Source: Micavibrio sp. (GTDB lineage Bacteria; Pseudomonadota; Alphaproteobacteria; Micavibrionales; Micavibrionaceae). Taken from it: a DNA stretch of 64,000 nt. Shown in pieces: positions 9,956 through 18,674 of the stretch. Within the stretch, counting starts at the first letter, position 1, and the number at the start of each line of letters is the position of its first letter. Under the pieces are notes generated by a model. The model worked only from the letters and a program-made list of their open reading frames with translations, was not told where the DNA came from and searched no databases. The position numbers and the translations under genes are program-made. The stretch lies in contig JALTAZ010000010.1 of NCBI GenBank assembly GCA_027075555.1, forward strand, positions 2,496-66,495, read 5' to 3'.

Positions 9956-11863
9956 CTATTTTTGCATCTGATTTGTTGTATCAGTAGCTTGTCTTGACCA
10001 CCAAGTCTGGGTAATCATCGGGCTTATAGATGATAGTTTTTCAGGTCTTTGAATATTATTCCAATATGCTATTCTCCACTTGGGATAGTGCCACATTGGA
10101 ATAACGTAATGATTCCATAATAATACGCGATCCATAGCTCTAGTCCTTGTAACTAAATCTTCACGTGACTTTGCTTGAATTATACCTTCTATTAGCTGGT
10201 CTATAACTGGGTCTTTAATACCGATCAAATTACGAGATCCCTTAATATCGGCCTTACTTGACCCCCAAAAATCACGTTGTTCATTACCTGGGGAGTCAGA
10301 TTGACCAAAGCCGCCAATAAGCATGTCATAGTCAAAACTTTCAATTCGTCTTTGAAATTGTGCGGAATCAACTATGCGGAATTTTGCTTCTACGCCCATA
10401 CGCTTTAAGTTTTTAACAAAGGGTAGTACCCATCTTTCATAAACAGGCATGAAATGTAGTATTTCAAAACTCAACCTTTGAATGCTTCCATCTTCTATAG
10501 TTTTAAAACGGATTCCATCTTTTCCTATTTGTTTATATCCGGCCTGCTCTAATAGCTTTATTCCCAAGCGTAAGTTCTTACGGTTATTGCCCGATCCATC
10601 GGTAGTAGGAGGTTTATATTGAGCGGTAAAAACCTCTTCAGGTATTCTACCGCGCAGTGGTTCTAATATTTCTAATTCATCGGCGCTAGGCAACCCCCTA
10701 GATGCAAGATCAGAATTTTCAAAATAGCTGTCTGTACGAACATAATCACCATAGGCAAACTGTTTATTTGACCATTCAAAATCAAACCCATATGCAAGTG
10801 CTTGACGTACAATCTTATCTTTAAATAAGGGGCGACGTATATTATATATGAATGCCTGCATACCTACAGGTCTAGAATTTTCGATCTCCTCTTTTGTAAG
10901 AAGTGCCTTTTTATCATCGGCAATATTGTAGCCTTCTTTCCATATTTTTGCGGTTGTTTCGAATTTAACATCATAATCATGTGATAAAAAGGCTTCATGA
11001 GCAACGTTAGTATCACGGTAATAATCATAAACTATTTTATCAAAGTTATTCATACCTTTAAAAAATGGTAAATCCTTTCCCCACCAGTTAGGGTTGCGTT
11101 CATATTCTATAGTGCGCCCTGCAACTACTTTAGATATTTTATAAGCGCCACTTCCTAGGGGAATATCCATAGTAGTATTAGAAAAATCTCTTCCTTCTTT
11201 TGTCCAGTAATGTTTGGGAAGTATAGGCATTTGTCCAATAATAAGTGGCAATTCGGCATTTCCACGTACTGCAAATTTGAAAATAACCGATTTATCTCCA
11301 TCAGCTTCTATAGTTTCAACATCATGCCAATATGCCCTATATAGCGGAGTTCCTTTTTCTGTAAGAGTTTTAAAGGTCCATATAACATCATCAGCCGTAA
11401 TTGGCTTGCCATCATGCCATTTTGCTTCTTCTCTTAATTCAAAACGCACCCATGATTTATCATTAGCAACACTTATGTTTTTGGCAATAATTCCATACAT
11501 GGTAAATGGCTCATCGTTACCATTTTGCATTAGGCTTTCATAGTAAATGCCAGTTCCCAGATAATTTAGACCTTCTGCAGAGTTTCCTTTGACAATAAAT
11601 GGGTTAAGGGAGTCAAAAGTGCCTATAACATGTTGCTTTAATGTTCCACCTTTGGGCGCGTTGGGATTGACGTAATCAAGATGTTTAAAGTCAGATGGGT
11701 ATTTTGGCGTTCCGTGTAGCGCTATCGCATGGGCTGGCTTGCTGCTTGTGCTGGGGAATTTTTTATCTTCTGAACTATGACTTAAAGATGATATAAAAAT
11801 AAGGTTTATTGTTATAAATAAGGCAACAAGAAAACCATTAAGACGCAAAAGATTTGAACCCAT
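9956..11863 (-). CDS. yejA: ABC transporter substrate-binding protein, family 5 (YejA-like)
   Basis: 635 aa with a signal peptide. Shows SBP_bac_5-type blocks (FELREEAKWHDGKPITADDV, YERNPNWWGKDLP) and a long YejA-like size. Confidence 0.75.
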   Translation of the reverse strand: MGSNLLRLNGFLVALFITINLIFISSLSHSSEDKKFPSTSSKPAHAIALHGTPKYPSDFKHLDYVNPNAPKGGTLKQHVIGTFDSLNPFIVKGNSAEGLNYLGTGIYYESLMQNGNDEPFTMYGIIAKNISVANDKSWVRFELREEAKWHDGKPITADDVIWTFKTLTEKGTPLYRAYWHDVETIEADGDKSVIFKFAVRGNAELPLIIGQMPILPKHYWTKEGRDFSNTTMDIPLGSGAYKISKVVAGRTIEYERNPNWWGKDLPFFKGMNNFDKIVYDYYRDTNVAHEAFLSHDYDVKFETTAKIWKEGYNIADDKKALLTKEEIENSRPVGMQAFIYNIRRPLFKDKIVRQALAYGFDFEWSNKQFAYGDYVRTDSYFENSDLASRGLPSADELEILEPLRGRIPEEVFTAQYKPPTTDGSGNNRKNLRLGIKLLEQAGYKQIGKDGIRFKTIEDGSIQRLSFEILHFMPVYERWVLPFVKNLKRMGVEAKFRIVDSAQFQRRIESFDYDMLIGGFGQSDSPGNEQRDFWGSSKADIKGSRNLIGIKDPVIDQLIEGIIQAKSREDLVTRTRAMDRVLLWNHYVIPMWHYPKWRIAYWNNIQRPEKLSSISPMITQTWWSRQATDTTNQMQK

Positions 11864-11967
11864 TTTAAATTCCTTTTTTAAAATTGACGCATTTTAACAA
11901 CCATTTACACATTGTCACGCATAAATATGAAAAATTATATCTATATGTTTTTTTGTACAATATTTGT

Positions 11968-12948
11968 TCATTTAGTGTGAACTCCTTGGAAGTCAGGTTT
12001 ACCAAATAAAAACCCTTGACCATATTTAAAGTCAAAATCTAGAATTTGTAATAATATTTTCTTTGTTTCTATCTTCTCAATTATTACATCTATGCCATTA
12101 ACTTCAAGGTTATGTTTATAGCTTAAAATTTCTGAGAACCTGCTTTCTGAATTGCTATTTTTAAGCAGGCTTTGCGCCGCTATTTTTACAAAACATATTG
12201 AATTTGCTTGTAATAACTTTATATCTTTGGGAAGTTCATCAATATGATCAAGTGAAAAGCGACAGCCAATTTCTGCAAGCCCATTTAGGATTTTCTGTTC
12301 TTTTGGAGATAGCATAAGAAAATCACTATATTTAATTTCAAAAATAAGGGATTTTGCGATAAATTTATTGTGTGATAGCAAGGTTAAGAGGTTGCCTACA
12401 AATAGGCGGTTTTGCAAGGTTGAGGGCTTTATATTCACAAAACATGCAAGATTATATCTGTTATGATTTTTGCGCTGTTTGCTTAACATTTTGACAAAAT
12501 GCAATAAAAGCAGGGCATCAAGATGGTTTAGCATCGGTTCATTTGCAGCAAGTGGCATATATTCTTGTGCAGGAAGATAAACGCCTGATATAACGCGCAA
12601 GCGTCCGTATAGCTCATAAAATGAAATATGTCTTTGTGGTAGGGTGACTATGGGTTGCACGAAAGCATCAATATAGTTATGTTCCACTGCGTCTTGCAGG
12701 CATTTACGTATAATGATATTTGATGTTATGTCATCATGATGTTCTTTTGATAAAAATTCAACATTATTAGAATTTATTTTATCATTGTCTATATTATCTA
12801 TTATTTTATTTTTTAAATGGCTTTGCCCTAAAATGTGATCGGGGGCAAGAAATGCCGGTATTACATCTCCTAATGCAGAGTATTTTACCTCATCTTTAGT
12901 ATTGTTATTTTCTCTATCCATATAAAACAACCATTTAGTAACGTCCAT
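11968..12948 (-). CDS. EAL-domain protein with a partly degenerate active site
   Basis: The C-terminal ~240 aa follow the EAL layout: QPIVTL...YELYGRLR, VNIKPS, FEIKY, SLDHID, VKIA, IEKIET, GQGFLFGKP. Several catalytic positions are substituted (see findings). Confidence 0.7.
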   Translation of the reverse strand: MDVTKWLFYMDRENNNTKDEVKYSALGDVIPAFLAPDHILGQSHLKNKIIDNIDNDKINSNNVEFLSKEHHDDITSNIIIRKCLQDAVEHNYIDAFVQPIVTLPQRHISFYELYGRLRVISGVYLPAQEYMPLAANEPMLNHLDALLLLHFVKMLSKQRKNHNRYNLACFVNIKPSTLQNRLFVGNLLTLLSHNKFIAKSLIFEIKYSDFLMLSPKEQKILNGLAEIGCRFSLDHIDELPKDIKLLQANSICFVKIAAQSLLKNSNSESRFSEILSYKHNLEVNGIDVIIEKIETKKILLQILDFDFKYGQGFLFGKPDFQGVHTK

Positions 12949-12979
12949 TGGCCGTTATAAATGCAAATTTCATGCCGTT

Positions 12980-14059
12980 TTATTTATGGTCTGCGCCGAT
13001 AGCTTGGGAAATATTGCTAAACCCATCATGGTCAAGCAAGTCTAATAGCCCTTTATTTATATTATTGGCTATATCAGGTCCTTCATAAATCATTCCTGTA
13101 TAAATTTGAACCAGCGAAGCTCCCGCGCGGATTTTATCATAAGCATGCCTAGCTGTTGATATTCCTCCCACACCGATAATGGGCAATTTACCTCTGGTTA
13201 GTTTGTAAAATCTGCGTATAGTATCTGTGGATTTATCACGTAACGGAGCGCCACTAAGACCGCCTTTTTCTTCGCCAAATTTTTTATTAAGAAAATCAGG
13301 GCGATCAAGTGTGGTATTTGAAAGAATAACTCCGCTCACCCCGTTTTCTATAAGTGTTTTAGCTATTCCTTCTTGTTGTTTTTCATTTAAATCAGGTGCA
13401 AGCTTTACAAGCAGTGGTGTTGGATAATCTCCACCAACCCTTCTTATTGTTTTCATAACTTTAGATAGTAATTCTGATAGGGCATTTTTTTCCTGTAGAT
13501 CGCGTAAACCAGGGGTGTTGGGCGATGAAATATTAATAGTAATGTAATCAGCTTGATCTGAAAGCTCTTTTATTAGTTCAATATAATCTTCTGCTGGGAT
13601 TGTTTGCCCTTTATTCATACCAATATTAACCCCAATGATGCTACCATCAGGGCATGCAGGGTTGCTTTTGGCTTTATCAAGATTAGGCTTAAATACACGA
13701 ACCCCACCATTAGGAAAGCCCATGCGGTTTATTACAGCCTCATTTGAGGGATCACGGAAAATGCGTGGACGTGGATTACCGCCTTGTGGTTTAGGTGTAA
13801 CTGTTCCAACTTCAGTAAACCCGAATCCTAATTTTAGAACAGGAACGATAATTTCGGCGTTTTTATCAAATCCTGCTGCCATACCGACTGGGTTTTCAAA
13901 ATCAAGTCCAAAAACATTTTGCCTTAATGCCGTATCTTCTATAGGTAAGTAGCATGAACGAACCAGACCTGTTTTCATGGTTTTTATAGTTATCCCGTGA
14001 GCAATTTCAGGATCAATTTTAAATATACAAGGGCGTATAAGTTTATATAGGTTATTCAT
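12980..14059 (-). CDS. pyrD: Dihydroorotate dehydrogenase (quinone), class 2
   Basis: GLDFENPVGMAAGFDKN, GFGFTEVGTVTPKPQGGNPRPR, NISSPNTPGLR, IGVGGI motifs. Confidence 0.9.
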   Translation of the reverse strand: MNNLYKLIRPCIFKIDPEIAHGITIKTMKTGLVRSCYLPIEDTALRQNVFGLDFENPVGMAAGFDKNAEIIVPVLKLGFGFTEVGTVTPKPQGGNPRPRIFRDPSNEAVINRMGFPNGGVRVFKPNLDKAKSNPACPDGSIIGVNIGMNKGQTIPAEDYIELIKELSDQADYITINISSPNTPGLRDLQEKNALSELLSKVMKTIRRVGGDYPTPLLVKLAPDLNEKQQEGIAKTLIENGVSGVILSNTTLDRPDFLNKKFGEEKGGLSGAPLRDKSTDTIRRFYKLTRGKLPIIGVGGISTARHAYDKIRAGASLVQIYTGMIYEGPDIANNINKGLLDLLDHDGFSNISQAIGADHK

Positions 14060-14062
14060 GGC

Positions 14063-14647
14063 TCAAGCCTTATCTTTATCGGATTTTACTTTCATATGTT
14101 TAAGCCCGATAATCAGATAAGACAAGCCTGTAATTAAGGTTAATATAGTGGCAAGTAATAGCAGTATAACACCAATCTCATATGCATAAGGGGAGTAACC
14201 GCTTAATATTAAAAATCCTAGTGACAGCATTTGTACAGTGGTTTTCCATTTTGCAAGTATAGTTACGGGCATTTTAATGCCTTTAGGTCCTAAAAATTCA
14301 CGTAATCCCGATACCATAAATTCACGCGCAAATATAAGCATTACCAAAATTACCCAAATACCTGTAATTCGTTCAAAAGCTACTAGCATTATAAGTATTG
14401 TTGATACAAATATCTTATCAGATATAGGATCAAGAAAAGTTCCGAAATTGCTGATTTGGTTTAATTTTCTTGCGATGTAGCCATCAAAATAATCAGTTAT
14501 TGCAGAGATTATAAATATAAAAAAACATAGCCATATAACAACTGATCCATAAGTATCTTCCAAATAGAAAAATAAGACCATAATCGGCAATAATAATATG
14601 CGTGAAATGGTTAGAATATTTGCAATGTTATTTTTAACTAACTCCAT
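14063..14647 (-). CDS. pgsA: CDP-diacylglycerol--glycerol-3-phosphate 3-phosphatidyltransferase
   Basis: CDP-alcohol phosphatidyltransferase motif DYFDGYIARKLNQISNFGTFLDPISDK. 194 aa, multi-pass membrane protein. Confidence 0.85.
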   Translation of the reverse strand: MELVKNNIANILTISRILLLPIMVLFFYLEDTYGSVVIWLCFFIFIISAITDYFDGYIARKLNQISNFGTFLDPISDKIFVSTILIMLVAFERITGIWVILVMLIFAREFMVSGLREFLGPKGIKMPVTILAKWKTTVQMLSLGFLILSGYSPYAYEIGVILLLLATILTLITGLSYLIIGLKHMKVKSDKDKA

Positions 14648-14652
14648 ATTAT

Positions 14653-15621
14653 CTACTCTAATGTAAAAGTTGCAATAAGGGAATGATGATCCGATTCTAT
14701 AGCTTTATCTTTATTGATAGAGCTAAGAATTATGTCATTACTGAATAATATATGATCTATTGGTATTTTTAGAAATGGTAGAGTGGCAAATGATGGCCAG
14801 GTTGTTTCTGGAAATATATTGTAATTTTGATAATTAAGTTTTGATATTTTGAGCATATTTTTAAATGCAGGGCTATAAGGGGTAGAGTTCCAATCCCCCA
14901 TGAAAACTGTATTTGGCAAGTTATCACTGGCAATCCATCTTGCCATGCCATCTAATTCTGCAAAATTTTCTTTATATTTTTGTGTGCCTATAGGCGCTTC
15001 GGTGTGAACACTATAGATATTGATTTTTTCATTATCAAATGGAGAAATAGTAAATCGTAGTCCCTTTGTTTTGCATATATCGCCACATATAGATTTTATT
15101 ATAAGATTCTCGATTGGATATTTGCTATATATAGTAACATAGTTGGGGCGTTCAATATCTTTTGGCATTGTGTAGGGTAATATTTTAAGCAATTCATCAT
15201 CTAGCATTTTCAAATATTTGCCGTGGACTTCTTGCATCATAATTAGATCAATATTATTGTTTTTCACCCATTGTCCAATTTTTTTGTATGAATGGTTTTT
15301 GTAATATTTATTATATTGCGCAATTTTGATTTTATTGCCTGCATTGCTACTTATAGGCGCGGCAAAAGCTAGTGGATTACTCATCGGAGCCCTTATCTGT
15401 GCATAAGAACCCATGGCTACAGCTATTACAATAGCTGATAATAAAGCATCTTGATTTAGTAATATAAGCAATGGAAGCAGGATAATCGCTCCAGCGAAAT
15501 ACTGAATCACAAAATTTGATAATAGAGCAAAAAACCAGTGCCACTTTGCAAATAAAGACAGTGTGTAGACTGCGACCAGTATAAATGCCAAGACTGAAAT
15601 ATAATTTTTTATAAAATCCAT
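14653..15621 (-). CDS. Endonuclease/exonuclease/phosphatase (EEP) family membrane protein
   Basis: N-terminal TM segments followed by an EEP core (IDLIMMQEV ... GDWNSTP ... IDHILFS ... SDHHSL). The track start at 15657 is TTG; the ATG at 15621 (MDFIKNY) is preferred, and it removes the overlap with the upstream remnant. Confidence 0.7.
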   Translation of the reverse strand: MDFIKNYISVLAFILVAVYTLSLFAKWHWFFALLSNFVIQYFAGAIILLPLLILLNQDALLSAIVIAVAMGSYAQIRAPMSNPLAFAAPISSNAGNKIKIAQYNKYYKNHSYKKIGQWVKNNNIDLIMMQEVHGKYLKMLDDELLKILPYTMPKDIERPNYVTIYSKYPIENLIIKSICGDICKTKGLRFTISPFDNEKINIYSVHTEAPIGTQKYKENFAELDGMARWIASDNLPNTVFMGDWNSTPYSPAFKNMLKISKLNYQNYNIFPETTWPSFATLPFLKIPIDHILFSNDIILSSINKDKAIESDHHSLIATFTLE

Positions 15622-15634
15622 AAGGGTTTGCTTG

Positions 15635-15889
15635 TTATTGTAATACGAAAATAGCAATCAGAGGATAATGATCTGAGCCCATAGCAGAGCCACGGTGTTT
15701 ATCTACTAATTTAAGATCACCTTTATGCAATATATGGTCAATAGGAATTTGGAAAATATAGTCATAAAAAATATACTCATAAAATTGTGTAGCCCATGTT
15801 GGCGATGATAAGATGCTAAAATATAAAATGTCGCAGTATATATATCCAATATATATCCAATATATATCCATAAAAAACAGATATATCAT
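15635..15889 (-). pseudogene. C-terminal remnant of a second EEP-family paralog
   Basis: The last ~45 aa (IPIDHILHKGDLKLVDKHRGSAMGSDHYPLIAIFVLQ) align with the C-terminus of the adjacent full-length EEP protein (IPIDHILFSNDIILSSINKDKAIESDHHSLIATFTLE). The apparent N-terminus is encoded by a tandem repeat, and no upstream catalytic core exists. Confidence 0.6.
15838..15870. repeat. Perfect 3 x 11-bp tandem repeat (ATATATATCCA)
   Basis: Counted directly: 15838-15848, 15849-15859 and 15860-15870 are identical. Confidence 0.95.
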
Positions 15890-16015
15890 GCCCCGAAAGA
15901 GGAAAGAGGCTGCTTAGCATAGAAAAAGTAAAAGAGCCAGAACAACGGCTTTCTTATAATTATGCTTTATAATGCCTTGTTCTTGTATAACGATTTATTA
16001 AATAGGGGCTATTTA

Positions 16016-16720
16016 TTAGCCATTAACCGCCTTTTTTTTATCTTCATGTGGATCACGAAGCACATAGCCACGCCCCCATACGGTTTCAATATAGTTAGAT
16101 CCGTCAGTTGCATCGGCAAGCTTCTTACGGAGCTTGCAAATAAACACGTCGATAATTTTGGCTTCGGGCTCGTCCATACCACCATAAAGGTGGTTAAGGA
16201 ACATTTCCTTGGTAAGGGTTGAGCCTTTGCGCAATGAAAGAAGCTCTAATATACCATATTCTTTACCAGTTAAGTGAAGCGGACGGCCTGCTGCTTCTAT
16301 AGTACGCGAATCAAGATTAACTTTTATATCACCAGTTTCAATAATACTTTGAGAATGACCTTGAGAGCGACGTACAATTGCCTGAATACGTGCGACTAGC
16401 TCACGCTTATCAAATGGCTTGGTCAGGTAATCATCTGCACCAAATCCAAGCCCCTTTAATTTGTCATCAAGAGCGCTAAGTCCTGATAAGATCAAAATAG
16501 GGGTATCAACCTTTGCAGCGCGGAAAGCCTTAAGTACCTCATATCCGTCCATATCTGGAAGCATTAAATCAAGAATTATAATGTCATAATCATATATTTT
16601 TCCTAGATCAAGACCATCTTCCCCAAGATCAGTAGTATCAACTATATACCCTTCTGATTTTAGCATCAATTCAATGCTTTTTGCGGTGGACGCATCGTCC
16701 TCAACTAATAAAACGCGCAT
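16016..16720 (-). CDS. ctrA: Cell-cycle response regulator CtrA (OmpR family)
   Basis: [25 protein letters not shown]...[13 protein letters not shown]...LTKPF receiver domain plus the winged-helix C-terminus ([17 protein letters not shown]...[12 protein letters not shown]...[13 protein letters not shown]). The ATG at 16720 is preceded by GGGAGA; the 26 extra codons in the track ORF are not CtrA-like. Confidence 0.9.
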   Translation of the reverse strand: MRVLLVEDDASTAKSIELMLKSEGYIVDTTDLGEDGLDLGKIYDYDIIILDLMLPDMDGYEVLKAFRAAKVDTPILILSGLSALDDKLKGLGFGADDYLTKPFDKRELVARIQAIVRRSQGHSQSIIETGDIKVNLDSRTIEAAGRPLHLTGKEYGILELLSLRKGSTLTKEMFLNHLYGGMDEPEAKIIDVFICKLRKKLADATDGSNYIETVWGRGYVLRDPHEDKKKAVNG

Positions 16721-16769
16721 GGATTCTCCCTTTAAAATGCAGTTAGAACAAAAAGTTATACGAAGTGCG

Positions 16770-16826
16770 TTAACCTTTATTAACAAACATATTAACAAAT
16801 ATTAACAAAGTTAACAAATTGTTTAA
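16770..16826. promoter_or_regulatory. Array of five TTAAC motifs plus one TTAA (CtrA-type half-sites) in the ctrA/fliI divergent intergenic region
   Basis: TTAAC at 16770, 16780, 16792, 16802 and 16811, and TTAA at 16823. Start-to-start spacings are 10, 12, 10, 9 and 12 bp. The sequence reads TTAACCTTTATTAACAAACATATTAACAAATATTAACAAAGTTAACAAATTGTTTAA. Confidence 0.45.
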
Positions 16827-16912
16827 TGTTTTTTATACATATTTTCTAAAATCACTAGGATTTATATTCTCTTATCTTTGTATTTTGGACAAATAAGGGT
16901 AAGCTATTTCAT

Positions 16913-18241
16913 ATGGAACGTTTAGCATATCAAGTTGCCAACATAATATCATCTATCCCTGAGCATGAGCTTTATGGACGTGTAACAAAAATCCTCGGAC
17001 TTTTGGTTGAAATTGATGGCATATCAGAGGCTTTAACTATTGGCGCTGTTGTTCACTTAAAGCCAAAAAATGGAGAGGATATACCCTGTGAAGTAATAGG
17101 TTTTCGCAGTGGGCAAGCTCTTTTGATGCCTTTTGGATCATTAGATGGTGTTGGTCTTGGTTGTGTTGCCGTAGTGCAAGATAGTGCACCTAGTATAACT
17201 CCTAGTGATAAATGGCTAGGGCGGGTAATAAATTCTTTGGCAGAGCCAATAGATGGTAAAGGAGCGTTACAGCAAGGTACAATTCCAGTATTGCTTAAAA
17301 ATAAAGCTCCATCTCCTCATGCAAGGCAAAGAGTAGGACATCAACTGGATTTAGGAGTGCGCGCAGTTAATACATTTCTTGCCACATGTCAGGGGCAGAG
17401 AATGGGTATATTTTCTGGATCTGGAGTTGGTAAATCTGTTCTTCTTTCTATGATGGCGCGTTATACTGCTGCTGATGTTTCTATCATAGGGCTAGTAGGA
17501 GAGCGCGGGCGAGAAGTTCAGGAATTTTTGCAAGATGATCTTGGTGAGGAAGGTTTGGCGCGCTCTGTTGTTGTTGTAGCAACAGGTGATGAGCCAGCGT
17601 TGATGCGTAGGCAGGCTGCTTATGTAACTATGGCTCTGGCTGAGTATTTTAGAAATCAGGGTAAGCAGGTTTTATGTTTGATTGATTCACTTACCCGTTT
17701 TGCAATGGCGCAGCGCGAAATTGGTCTTAGCGCAGGCGAGCCGCCAACATCTAAAGGGTATCCGCCAACCACCTTTGGAGAGCTTGCAAGATTGCTTGAA
17801 CGCGCAGGTCCAGGAGAGAAGGATCAGGGGTCAATCACTGGCTTATTCTCAGTTTTAGTTGAAGGTGATGATCATAACGAGCCTATATCCGATGCAGTGC
17901 GCGGCATTGTTGATGGTCATATTGTTATGGAGCGAGAAATTGCAGATCGTGGGCGTTTTCCTGCTATAAATGTGCTTAAATCTGTATCGCGTTCACTTCC
18001 CGGAGCCATAACGCCAGAGCAAAATGAAATTCTTCGCCATGCAAAGAAGATTATTACTACTTATGAGGATATGGCCGAGCTTATACGCCTTGGTGCATAT
18101 CGTAGGGGTAGTGATCCATTAGTTGATGAGGCAATATTGATATATCCTAAGGTAGAAGAATTTCTACGTCAGAATAAAGAGGAATGCACTGGCATTGAAG
18201 ATGGGTTTAAAAAACTTGCTGATATTCTTAGAATTGGATAA
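16913..18241 (+). CDS. fliI: Flagellum-specific ATPase FliI
   Basis: Walker A GIFSGSGVGKSVLL and Walker B VLCLIDSLTRFA, with F1-beta-like architecture. 442 aa. Confidence 0.9.
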   Translation: MERLAYQVANIISSIPEHELYGRVTKILGLLVEIDGISEALTIGAVVHLKPKNGEDIPCEVIGFRSGQALLMPFGSLDGVGLGCVAVVQDSAPSITPSDKWLGRVINSLAEPIDGKGALQQGTIPVLLKNKAPSPHARQRVGHQLDLGVRAVNTFLATCQGQRMGIFSGSGVGKSVLLSMMARYTAADVSIIGLVGERGREVQEFLQDDLGEEGLARSVVVVATGDEPALMRRQAAYVTMALAEYFRNQGKQVLCLIDSLTRFAMAQREIGLSAGEPPTSKGYPPTTFGELARLLERAGPGEKDQGSITGLFSVLVEGDDHNEPISDAVRGIVDGHIVMEREIADRGRFPAINVLKSVSRSLPGAITPEQNEILRHAKKIITTYEDMAELIRLGAYRRGSDPLVDEAILIYPKVEEFLRQNKEECTGIEDGFKKLADILRIG

Positions 18242-18248
18242 GTGATAC

Positions 18249-18668
18249 ATGGCAGAGCTTGACCCTTTGATTCGTATGCGTAAATATGAGATAGAGCAAA
18301 GGCAAAAAGCTCTAGCTGAGTTATATAAACGGGCGCAGGATTTAAGATATGAGCGAGATTCCCTAGAATCGCAGCTAGCAATTGAAGCGGAAAAAACACG
18401 GGAAATGGACGCAGATTTTTTAAGCTATTTCGGGGCGTATTCAAACAAGATGCAAAAAGAAATAGAAGCCATAGATCGCAAGCGCTCTAAGCTAGAAAAT
18501 CAGATTAAAATGGCTCAAGATCACGTGCGCGATGCCTTTGCAGAGCTTAAGAAAGTTGAAATTATCAATGATCGCCGCAGGGAAGAAGAGCTATCTGTCC
18601 TTGATAAAAAAGAAGCTGATGAACTTGATGAAATTGCGATTGATAGATTTAGACGTAAAGGCGAGTAG
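18249..18668 (+). CDS. fliJ: Flagellar export protein FliJ
   Basis: 139-aa charged coiled-coil protein immediately downstream of fliI, which is the conserved fliI-fliJ position. Confidence 0.65.
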   Translation: MAELDPLIRMRKYEIEQRQKALAELYKRAQDLRYERDSLESQLAIEAEKTREMDADFLSYFGAYSNKMQKEIEAIDRKRSKLENQIKMAQDHVRDAFAELKKVEIINDRRREEELSVLDKKEADELDEIAIDRFRRKGE

Positions 18669-18674
18669 TAGCTA

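Noticed and set aside
15838-15870. Whether the short tandem repeats (15838-15870, 57534-57569, 36426-36455, 61022-61044) could be a CRISPR array or minisatellite system.
   Set aside because: The units are 11-15 bp and directly abutting, with no spacers, only 2-3 copies and different sequences at each site. No cas genes are present. They are consistent with slippage duplications.
16721-16798. The 26-codon N-terminal extension of ctrA in the ORF track ([26 protein letters not shown]).
   Set aside because: CtrA homologs begin at MRVLL(V/I)EDD. The internal ATG at 16720 has a GGGAGA Shine-Dalgarno sequence, and the extension would run through the TTAAC array region.
16770-16826. Calling the TTAAC cluster a set of canonical CtrA boxes (TTAA-N7-TTAAC).
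   Set aside because: I counted the gaps between adjacent TTAA elements as N6, N8, N6, N5 and N8, and none is N7. It is reported only as a half-site array and candidate regulatory region.
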